From IMG/VR virus record IMGVR_UViG_3300029244_000004: a stretch of DNA of 44,979 bases; one strand, written 5' to 3'. Shown here piece after piece: positions 17,092 through 24,346 of the stretch (position 1 is the first letter of the stretch; the number at the start of each line of letters is the position of its first letter). A program made the position numbers and the translations under genes. Under the pieces are notes generated by a model. The model was not told the origin of the DNA. It did no database searches and saw nothing but the letters and a program-made list of their open reading frames with translations. Origin of the DNA: a virus.

Positions 17092-17247
17092 CTATCTGAT
17101 ACAGGTACTCATAAAAATCATAAAAGACAAGTTCCAGACCATTCCGTTTAGGTCGTCTTTCTCCTTTGATTTGAAGGCTAAATAAGCATTTACGATCATA
17201 AGAACAAGGCAGATAAATTCTGCAATGATTTTGATTTTTTCCATCAT
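17092..17247 (-). CDS. 51-aa two-TM membrane micro-protein (AT-rich island)
   Basis: GGAGCA lies before ATG 17247. Translation: MMEKIKIIAEFICLVLMIVNAYLAFKSKEKDDLNGMVWNLSFMIFMSTCIR. GC content is far below that of both flanks. Confidence 0.5.
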   Translation of the reverse strand: MMEKIKIIAEFICLVLMIVNAYLAFKSKEKDDLNGMVWNLSFMIFMSTCIR

Positions 17248-17760
17248 TCTTGCTCCATCATCACATAATTGCAGCAGAGGACGTTTAACTCGGATAATCC
17301 ATCTGCCTATAACGCCGAGTATCACATGTGCGCTTCCCGCTTAATTGTCACACCCTTATGTGCGGCCGGTCATTCCGTCCTGGTACACATAAGGCAGTTT
17401 TCAGCGGGATAGCGCCGGGGCAGGTCATAGCTGCCGCCGCTTCCGCCTCCATGACAGGCGGGCTCCGTTACCTATCCCCCAGGGCAACGGTTGCTTTAAT
17501 CCTTGGGGTAAGCGTCTTTCCGCAGTCAGCTCCTTGGCCTTTGGAGCGCATTGTCTAATGCCCGTAAAGGGCGATGTTGCCGCATGGAGGGCGAGACCCT
17601 CCGGCCCGGATGTGTGGGCTGATGCGCTCGTGCGGCGTATGTACCCCGGCAAGCGCCGGGGTTGAGGAGGAAATAGAAGAAGCGAATGGGAGCGCAGGTG
17701 TATACGCTCCCACACTCCCATTGTCGCATACATATTTCTGCTCACTCATAAAACTTTATG
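17248..17760 (-). ncRNA. large structured non-coding RNA candidate (family unassigned; strand inferred from context)
   Basis: The region has no credible ORF. It contains nested and crossing helices: 17330-17341/17403-17415, 17354-62/17386-94, 17544-51/17622-29, 17579-84/17631-36, 17586-91/17597-602 and 17644-50/17655-61. Alternative helices lie at 17685-17722. Confidence 0.4.
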
Positions 17761-17761
17761 A
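17746..17761. promoter_or_regulatory. perfect inverted repeat TCATAAA-ac-TTTATGA (candidate operator)
   Basis: Read directly. It lies 40 nt downstream of the HTH gene 17801..18013, at the start of the non-coding region. Confidence 0.35.
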
Positions 17762-17800
17762 ATTCGCAATATTTTCTATGAGATTATGAAAGTTTAGGGC

Positions 17801-18013
17801 TTACTCTTCCTCCATTTTGCAGAGTTCATCGAGGCTAATGTGATAATATGCCGCAATCAGCTTTAGGGCTGTCATTTTTGGCTCCACTTCCCCTCTCTCA
17901 TATTTTCGTAATGCATCAGGGCTTAAGCCCATTAGCTGTGATGTAACCGTCATGCTCCTGACCGGCCTCATAGACTCCCTTAACCTTCTTAGCCGCTCTG
18001 GAAACTCGTTCAT
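17801..18013 (-). CDS. XRE-family HTH protein
   Basis: MNEFPERLRRLRESM...LMGLSPDALRKYERGEVEPKMTALKLIAAYYHISLDEL. Confidence 0.65.
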   Translation of the reverse strand: MNEFPERLRRLRESMRPVRSMTVTSQLMGLSPDALRKYERGEVEPKMTALKLIAAYYHISLDELCKMEEE

Positions 18014-18026
18014 CCTACCACCATCC

Positions 18027-18227
18027 TTATAATCCCTGCTGTTCCAGAGGGCAGTCAAAGGATACTCTTTTTTTCCGCTTTCCTATTTCCTTGGATTCAC
18101 AGTGGTCCACGTCTCCCACTCTACGGCATCCGGTATCTAATAGATGGTTGCAAAAGGGCGCATCCTTGGAATTATTGATACCTCGCCAGTAGACGCAGGT
18201 TTTCCCCTTGTCACAGATTTCGACCAT
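18027..18227 (-). CDS. Cys-rich small protein
   Basis: GGGAGGAGAG lies before ATG 18227. Translation begins MVEICDKGKTCVYWRG..FCNHLLDTGCRRVGDVDHC. Confidence 0.5.
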   Translation of the reverse strand: MVEICDKGKTCVYWRGINNSKDAPFCNHLLDTGCRRVGDVDHCESKEIGKRKKRVSFDCPLEQQGL

Positions 18228-18534
18228 ATCTCTCCTCCCAGGGTTTAAACAGGTCATCTCCAACAATGGCCCTGATCTGCTCGTCAATCTTTGCTTTGGC
18301 ATAGACGAACTCACCATCGTCCTGCTGATCCTCACAGACCATCCGTGCCATACCGTTCATGGCTTCTATGTATGCGGTCCAGAAAGCCTCAGACCTACCG
18401 GGGCCAAGCTGGAGGACCTCGTGAGCGGCAATCATGGCAGCATCTTGTCCCATCTGCATCAGCATGTCCATTTTCAGATGGAAAAGGGCGTTATATTTGG
18501 CCTCTATCTTGGATATCAAAGCATTTGGCTTCAA
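18211..18534 (-). CDS. hypothetical protein
   Basis: 107-aa ORF in the coupled early gene chain. Confidence 0.55.
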   Translation of the reverse strand: MKPNALISKIEAKYNALFHLKMDMLMQMGQDAAMIAAHEVLQLGPGRSEAFWTAYIEAMNGMARMVCEDQQDDGEFVYAKAKIDEQIRAIVGDDLFKPWEERYGRNL

Positions 18535-18914
18535 TGTCCGCCCTCCCCGTCGTGGATGGAGCCAACGATCTCAATTCCGCTTGTTGAAAGGTGCTTGTTT
18601 ACGCCCATACTTTCAGCGCCATTCAGCCAAACGCAAAATCTATTCCACTCTGGGTCATAGCATACGGGGGCTTCCTTTTGCTCGTCCTTCCAGTTAGTCC
18701 AACGGATGATATCCCCCTCAAAAATCTTCTTCCCGTTCTTGTCGGTCAGTCCGGTGTACTGACAAACCGTGGAGGGGTCAACCTCGTAAGCTTCACCATG
18801 CCGATTTCTGAACATAATAAAGGGATTTAAGCTATCATGGAGTCGGTATAGATAACCTTCCACCCATGCACCATCACTCAGCCGCTTGGCTTTGAAAAGG
18901 ATTTCTCTGGTCAT
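18531..18914 (-). CDS. YopX-family protein
   Basis: ILFKAKRLSDGAWVEGYL...QYTGLTDKNGKKIFEGDII matches the YopX pattern. Confidence 0.75.
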   Translation of the reverse strand: MTREILFKAKRLSDGAWVEGYLYRLHDSLNPFIMFRNRHGEAYEVDPSTVCQYTGLTDKNGKKIFEGDIIRWTNWKDEQKEAPVCYDPEWNRFCVWLNGAESMGVNKHLSTSGIEIVGSIHDGEGGH

Positions 18915-19819
18915 TTGGCACCTCCTATGATCTCGTCAAGGGTGACGGTTTTGCCAGGGTGGAGGGAGGGGAAATGGTCTACGTTTAGCTCTATCGTCGC
19001 ACCAACAACAGAAATGGCCCCAGATTCGGCTTTCACAATCGCTTTTGCACATGGCCACAGTGTCTTGATAGCCTTCGCCCTTTCCACCTCCTGCTGGGTG
19101 AAGCGTGGCTTGCGGATGATGCGGTCGGGGTGGTCTAGTGAAATCAAAAGCGCAACGCTGGAATTTGCTTTGTTGGGTGGCTCTGTCTGGTATGTACCAT
19201 TCTCCAATATCCAAAACTCGATTTTGTCTGAGTAGTGCTTGATTTTGAAGCGCTCTCCGACTTCTACCCCTAACCGCTGGCAGATGTAGGGCTTCTGCTT
19301 GTCCATGTCTTCCTCCTTACACAAATCCATATACTTAGCGCAGTCAACGAGCCAGCAGTCCAGCAAATCGGAGGCCCACCAATCCAGCTTGTCCCACAAG
19401 GCCCAGATTTCCGGCATTTTTGCTTCTGAGGCCGTTTTTAATGCTTTGGCCCATCCGCTTGTACCGCTGAGATCGTACCATTTTCCCTCAGTCTCCACGT
19501 CGCCGAATGTATTCTCAAGTTCACGTTTGAAAAGGCGCAGAAATGCAAAAAACGGTTCTTGAGACTCGCTCGTCTGTTTGTCCATGTTGGCCTCCTCCTT
19601 ATGTTTTCGTGGCTCCACGCAATCATCCTCCACCACCTCGAACCCCATCAGGCGGGCGGCTTCGTGGGGGTGGTATTCTGCCCAATCTGCACATACTTTG
19701 TCAGGGTCTCCTACCGGCTCTCTAAGAGCACAGTTATCACACCATCGTTGCTTGCAGTAATGGTCTACTGCATCTGAAATGGATAACACTTCCCCCGTCT
19801 CAGGGTTCCGAAACTTCAT
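18911..19819 (-). CDS. hypothetical protein (302 aa)
   Basis: The start is set at ATG 19819 (AGGAGG 7 nt upstream). The protein begins MKFRNPETGEVLSISDAVDHYC... Confidence 0.6.
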   Translation of the reverse strand: MKFRNPETGEVLSISDAVDHYCKQRWCDNCALREPVGDPDKVCADWAEYHPHEAARLMGFEVVEDDCVEPRKHKEEANMDKQTSESQEPFFAFLRLFKRELENTFGDVETEGKWYDLSGTSGWAKALKTASEAKMPEIWALWDKLDWWASDLLDCWLVDCAKYMDLCKEEDMDKQKPYICQRLGVEVGERFKIKHYSDKIEFWILENGTYQTEPPNKANSSVALLISLDHPDRIIRKPRFTQQEVERAKAIKTLWPCAKAIVKAESGAISVVGATIELNVDHFPSLHPGKTVTLDEIIGGAK

Positions 19820-20078
19820 GCTCGGCCTCCTTTCGCTGTCCGTAAGAACAAAACTCCAGCGGATGATATTCGTAGGTGTTTTGCTCAAGCACAGGATTTC
19901 TCCCAATAAATTCAATGCGGCGAATACATTCATCTTGATATTTGCACTCCCGGCACCTGACCACAGGCACGGCGGAGACAAGGGGCACTTCTCTAAGAGT
20001 TTCTTTTGCTAAGATTTCCCAATCTGAGCACCCAAAATAATCCTCTGCAACATCGCGGTCAATCAAATTCGCTTCCAT
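19800..20078 (-). CDS. hypothetical Cys-rich protein
   Basis: GGAGGA lies before ATG 20078. The protein contains a CRECKYQDEC motif. Confidence 0.5.
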   Translation of the reverse strand: MEANLIDRDVAEDYFGCSDWEILAKETLREVPLVSAVPVVRCRECKYQDECIRRIEFIGRNPVLEQNTYEYHPLEFCSYGQRKEAEHEVSEP

Positions 20079-20391
20079 GCTCGTCCTCCTTGTCCACGTG
20101 AGCGCCATGGGCGCAATAGAAATCCCCAGGGAGAGCCACGCCCCACACCTGGCACCCTCCGATCATGCCAATATCATCGCCCATATCTTTATAGATGCGG
20201 TACTTGCAGTTTTGGCAGTACACCACCTCCGCAACGTCGGCGGCGGGGAGGTCTGACAGCATGGCCTCGATCTCGGAAGAACTAAAGTTCCCAGACTTGT
20301 AAACAATAGTGCATCCATCTGATCCATCATTTTCCGGGTCAACTGGATAAAACAGGGCGATTGCCTGCTCCCTCTCGATGTACTCCTTCAT
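20059..20391 (-). CDS. hypothetical protein
   Basis: GGAGGAAACAGGA lies before ATG 20391. The protein contains CQNCKY. Confidence 0.5.
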   Translation of the reverse strand: MKEYIEREQAIALFYPVDPENDGSDGCTIVYKSGNFSSSEIEAMLSDLPAADVAEVVYCQNCKYRIYKDMGDDIGMIGGCQVWGVALPGDFYCAHGAHVDKEDEHGSEFD

Positions 20392-20542
20392 TCCTGTTTC
20401 CTCCATGTATTGTATGGGGCATGATATAGCCTGCCGTCTCCTGTTCTAACCATAATTTGTGGTGCGCTGGCAGTAGGGGTATAAATTTTAACTATAACCC
20501 CACATACTCCACTCAGCACACAGACTACCTTATCCCCGATGT

Positions 20543-21064
20543 TCATCCCTGCTCCCTCCGTAGTGCGGCCTCGGCCTCGGCACGAGTGAGAAAGACGGTT
20601 TTCCCGATTCCGTTAAAATCTACCTCGTAACCTATCCAGTGAGTGGATTTCCTGTCTGTATGTGTCGATAGTTTCCAGCATCCACTTGTCCAATTGTGGA
20701 TAGACTCAACTTCCGTTTCCCGCACCTGCTCTTTATCTACATAATAGAGCTTATCATGTAATTTTACGGGCAGCACCACGCACAGCCCCTCCCGTTCGGC
20801 CTCGGCTATCTCCCTCAGCCTGTCCAACGAAATCTTAGCTGTCAAGCTGAATCGCTGCGAAACCTCGTCCCGCATGGTCATGCGCTGGTTGCACAGCACG
20901 CGCAGGCGGTCAAGGTCGTATTCGCCTGTGCCGTCGCAGAGAATGTCCTCGATGGCGGCGAGACGGTCAAAAATGTCATTCAACTCCATGCCACACTTCA
21001 TCCCTGCAATTATTTCATGCTTCCCATTCTGATAAACGCCGGTTTTTACAGTCAACCGTTCCAT
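20543..21064 (-). CDS. hypothetical protein (173 aa)
   Basis: ORF in the early operon. No family was recognised. Confidence 0.6.
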   Translation of the reverse strand: MERLTVKTGVYQNGKHEIIAGMKCGMELNDIFDRLAAIEDILCDGTGEYDLDRLRVLCNQRMTMRDEVSQRFSLTAKISLDRLREIAEAEREGLCVVLPVKLHDKLYYVDKEQVRETEVESIHNWTSGCWKLSTHTDRKSTHWIGYEVDFNGIGKTVFLTRAEAEAALRREQG

Positions 21065-21065
21065 G

Positions 21066-21446
21066 TCAGTCCTCCTTCGGGCCGCGCCTTAGATACTTCG
21101 GCATACACTCAGCCCACGAGCCTAAAATGCGTTCCGCCTCTTCCAGCGCCTCGGTTTCATAGCTATGCGGCATCTCCTTGTCGCTGTTGATATAGGAAAA
21201 CCACATCATAGCAAGGGCTCGCTTCACCTGCTCCAGCTCGGCCCGCAGCTCTGGGATGAGCGGGCAATGTGCCGCCGGAACAGCGGTGCAAAATCCACCA
21301 ACCGCCGTGCAGTTCCCGTTGTCTGGGTGTATGTAAGGGCAGCCGATGCAGTTTGGAATGGCCTTTGGCTGATACGCACCACACGGCCATGTCAGGCCAG
21401 ACCCAGTACGGCAATCGTCATATTTGGTGCAGCTCTCACATTTCAT
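21066..21446 (-). CDS. Cys-rich hypothetical protein
   Basis: 126 aa with many CxxC-type cysteines in the N-terminal half. Confidence 0.55.
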   Translation of the reverse strand: MKCESCTKYDDCRTGSGLTWPCGAYQPKAIPNCIGCPYIHPDNGNCTAVGGFCTAVPAAHCPLIPELRAELEQVKRALAMMWFSYINSDKEMPHSYETEALEEAERILGSWAECMPKYLRRGPKED

Positions 21447-21469
21447 CAGGCGTCCTCCTCTCCCTCCGG

Positions 21470-22204
21470 CTAAAACAGCCGGTAGTTTAGTTCGTCGTCC
21501 AGCATTGACCAGCGGAAAACTTTATCATCCACATAGATCATCCCCTCATCCTCCAGTTGGAAGCGCCTGTCAAAGTCGTGAACTGTATGTCCGTCCGCCT
21601 TGAACGTCACGGGGCTATCCTTATCCCATTTGAGCATCAGCGCCCACAAATCCGGGTAGCTCTTCCGAAGAATCCTGAGCTGTCCTACACTCTGATTGTG
21701 GCAGAACCAGCATCCTCCACGGGTAGCGGTGGTGTAGATTGGGGATAGCAAATCGTTCTCTTCACACCATCGGCGGCAATCCGTCTCTGTCCATCCTGCC
21801 TCCACCAGAGGACTTTTCTTTTTGTCAGACAGGCTATGGAACCTATTCGGTTCGTCTGCGGCGATGCCGATGTACTGGACGGCGTCTCTCAGGAGCCGCC
21901 CTAGAACGTGTTGCTTTAGACGGCTATTACACCAAGGCCCTCTCTGATAGGGCCAGCCGTATATTTTCCCGCCGCGCTCTCCGTCGCCCTCGCAAATCAT
22001 GTAGAACAAGTCCTGATAACAGCGCTTCGCCCTAACGTGCTCCACCTCGATTCCCCACCGCTCCTTGACGATCTTGTCGGCCTTGGACTTAAACTCCACC
22101 ATCGGCGGCAGGTCGGCAGGGATGGTGTCTGTGGCCCAAACTTCGGCATGCACGATCCGGTCAAGTGGCCATCCAAGTTCCTCAATCGCTCCCAGACAAG
22201 CCAA
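21470..22204 (-). CDS. PAPS reductase-like (PP-loop superfamily) protein; 5' end appears frameshifted
   Basis: ..GGCWFCHNQSVGQLRILRKSYPDLW.. matches the phage PAPS-reductase pattern. The track start is TTG. The expected PP-loop segment lies in another frame upstream (22219..22254). Confidence 0.65.
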   Translation of the reverse strand: MACLGAIEELGWPLDRIVHAEVWATDTIPADLPPMVEFKSKADKIVKERWGIEVEHVRAKRCYQDLFYMICEGDGERGGKIYGWPYQRGPWCNSRLKQHVLGRLLRDAVQYIGIAADEPNRFHSLSDKKKSPLVEAGWTETDCRRWCEENDLLSPIYTTATRGGCWFCHNQSVGQLRILRKSYPDLWALMLKWDKDSPVTFKADGHTVHDFDRRFQLEDEGMIYVDDKVFRWSMLDDELNYRLF

Positions 22205-22246
22205 CGAATCCTTGTCAGCTAACCATAGCTGAGGCTCAAAATATGC

Positions 22247-22597
22247 TCAGGCATGGTTGGCATCACCGTCCTCTCCCTCCGGCGGGCGGCGGTCAGGCAG
22301 TTCCGGGATTGGTAGCCAATGGGTGACTCGCCCATAGAGCTCATCAAACACAAAGCATTGAGTGCTATCAATCCAGTCAATGCCAATGCGGCCATTCCCG
22401 TAGTGTACCAGCACATCTTTTCGCTTCTCTGGTAACCTCTTATTCACGCTCACCCACTCGTTCGGCGGGGTGATGGTTGGCACCTCTTGGATTATTTTCC
22501 TTGCCGCCGCATTAAAAACCTGTTCATCCTCTGTATCTGCTGGGCTATATGCGAACTTTTTCAACAGTTCGTTACCGTCAATCAGTCGTACTGCCAT
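22247..22597 (-). CDS. DUF551-like protein
   Basis: The C-terminal NEWVSVNKRLPEKRKDVLV...HWLPIPELP matches the DUF551 pattern. Confidence 0.55.
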   Translation of the reverse strand: MAVRLIDGNELLKKFAYSPADTEDEQVFNAAARKIIQEVPTITPPNEWVSVNKRLPEKRKDVLVHYGNGRIGIDWIDSTQCFVFDELYGRVTHWLPIPELPDRRPPEGEDGDANHA

Positions 22598-22853
22598 CTT
22601 TCAGCGCCTCCAGCATCTCCATCTCCTCCGCGCTCAAAATCGGCGCACGGGTGTTCCATATCTGCCGTGCTTCTTCCAAGTCGTACCCCGCCGCCATAAA
22701 CCCACATGGGCATTCAATCATTACACATGCCATCACGGCCCTGTGCTTCGCGTCCTCACCTCTGCACCCTGGGCACGGCAACAGCACCCCCGCCTCCGTC
22801 AGCCGTCTGGCCGCCTCTTTTGAGCCGAGCATCGCTAATTTAATGTCATCCAT
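22578..22853 (-). CDS. Lar-family restriction alleviation-like zinc-ribbon protein
   Basis: ..LLPCPGCRGEDAK....IECPCG....EARQIWNTR matches the Lar-like pattern. Confidence 0.55.
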   Translation of the reverse strand: MDDIKLAMLGSKEAARRLTEAGVLLPCPGCRGEDAKHRAVMACVMIECPCGFMAAGYDLEEARQIWNTRAPILSAEEMEMLEALKDGSTTD

Positions 22854-23754
22854 GTATAATCCCCTTCTCTATGTCCGCTATGGCCTGAAACACCGGATAA
22901 AACTGCTGGGGAACTACTGCGTTTCCAAGGCATTTAAGTCTGTCCACCCGAGAGGGAACCCCATAAGCCACTCTACAAATGTCGGGTTCAATTGGCCACC
23001 AGCCACCACGTCCAGGCTTGGCCCTCCGTCTCTGTGCCTCTCTCCATTCCCTCTGCTGTTCTGCGCTTTCGGCGTGGGCCACATCTTCACCATCCCGCTC
23101 AAATTTGGCTCGCCCCTGCTGTTGTGATAAAACTTCCGGTTCGCCGAATCTGACGCAATCGGAGTTTTCCAAAGAATAGGTTCTCCGTCCTCTCCCGTTA
23201 TGTTTTCTTTCCAGCGCTCTACACCCGATAATCGCGCATCTGTCCCTCCTGTGCGGGGCGTCGACGGAACAAGCCGGAATAATAAACGCTTGGACGGAGT
23301 AACCTTCGTTTTCCAGGTCAGCGTACACCTGGTCGAGTGCCATATTGACGATCCCAGCAACATTCTCGCCAACGACCCAAGCGGGCCGGAGTTCCGATAT
23401 AACTCTAAGCATTTCAGGCCAGAGGTAACGGTCATCGTCACTGCCTCTTCGCTTCCCGGCAACGGAGAAGGGCTGGCACGGAAATCCTCCTGAAACAATG
23501 TCAGCTGTTCGCAGTCCTGTTTTTTCATAAAAGCTCTCCTTTGTCAGCGTCCTGATGTCCCTCCAGCGTGGCACATCTGGCCAGTGTTTTTCCAGCACCT
23601 TTGTCGGATAGTCCGCCCACTCACATTGTCCAACGGTTTTAAATCCAGCCATTTCCGCCGCAAGATCCAAGCCTCCAATGCCGGAAAACAGGGATAGATG
23701 GGTTAGCTTCGCCGCCTCTTTGTCGCCCAGCAGGGCGGCCTTCTCATCCTTCAC
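22846..23754 (-). CDS. DNA (cytosine-5)-methyltransferase
   Basis: GTG start. Motifs present: FSGIGG (I), GGFPCQPFS (IV), GENV (VI), APHRRDRCAIIG (VIII) and LGNAVVPQ (X). Confidence 0.85.
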   Translation of the reverse strand: MKDEKAALLGDKEAAKLTHLSLFSGIGGLDLAAEMAGFKTVGQCEWADYPTKVLEKHWPDVPRWRDIRTLTKESFYEKTGLRTADIVSGGFPCQPFSVAGKRRGSDDDRYLWPEMLRVISELRPAWVVGENVAGIVNMALDQVYADLENEGYSVQAFIIPACSVDAPHRRDRCAIIGCRALERKHNGRGRRTYSLENSDCVRFGEPEVLSQQQGRAKFERDGEDVAHAESAEQQREWREAQRRRAKPGRGGWWPIEPDICRVAYGVPSRVDRLKCLGNAVVPQQFYPVFQAIADIEKGIIHG

Positions 23755-23765
23755 GATATCTCCTC

Positions 23766-24140
23766 CTATGGTTTTTCTCCTGGTTCCTCGATCTCGATCT
23801 CTATCCTTGGCTTTCCCTTGTCCACAGCGAAGCTGTCAGAAAATCCTTCGATATTCTCCCAGCCGTCATTCCTCAGAACACCCATCTTCACTAAGGCGTC
23901 CTGGATAACCTTCCGGCCAAAGCTGGAGATGTTGTCCTTGTCCCGCCTCCGGTTTTTTTCCACCCAGAGGTATCGCATGAACACAGGCTCCCGCAAAGGC
24001 GTTCTGATTTGACGTCTAAGAGCTATGATTACCGATGTCTGGCAATCCCGTTTCAGTTTTGCCCCCTTCTGCCGGTGGCCCCGTTCCGCTTCTATGTACT
24101 CGTTGAGACCAGGCAGAGAAAACGGGATGATCAGCCGCAT
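23766..24140 (-). CDS. rusA: RusA-like Holliday junction resolvase
   Basis: GGAGGA lies before ATG 24140. MRLIIPFSLPGLNEYI...RRDKDNISSFGRKVIQDALVKMGVLRNDGW matches the RusA pattern. Confidence 0.75.
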   Translation of the reverse strand: MRLIIPFSLPGLNEYIEAERGHRQKGAKLKRDCQTSVIIALRRQIRTPLREPVFMRYLWVEKNRRRDKDNISSFGRKVIQDALVKMGVLRNDGWENIEGFSDSFAVDKGKPRIEIEIEEPGEKP

Positions 24141-24346
24141 GTTTTCCTCCACCACTTTTCACGCAGTGGCTCTTGGGCTATAACGATATTTTCCACTGCT
24201 GGCGGGGCCTTGTATGCCTCCAACACAATTCGAAGCGCCTGCGCAACTTCCCGATGGTCTTCCGCGAAGAATGTCCCGGCTTGAATCAGCGCCTCTCTCC
24301 GTCTGATCTCTCCCTCTATCAGCTCCATTATTCGCGCCCTATCCAT
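24131..24346 (-). CDS. hypothetical protein
   Basis: 71-aa ORF coupled between the helicase and RusA genes. Confidence 0.5.
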   Translation of the reverse strand: MDRARIMELIEGEIRRREALIQAGTFFAEDHREVAQALRIVLEAYKAPPAVENIVIAQEPLREKWWRKTCG

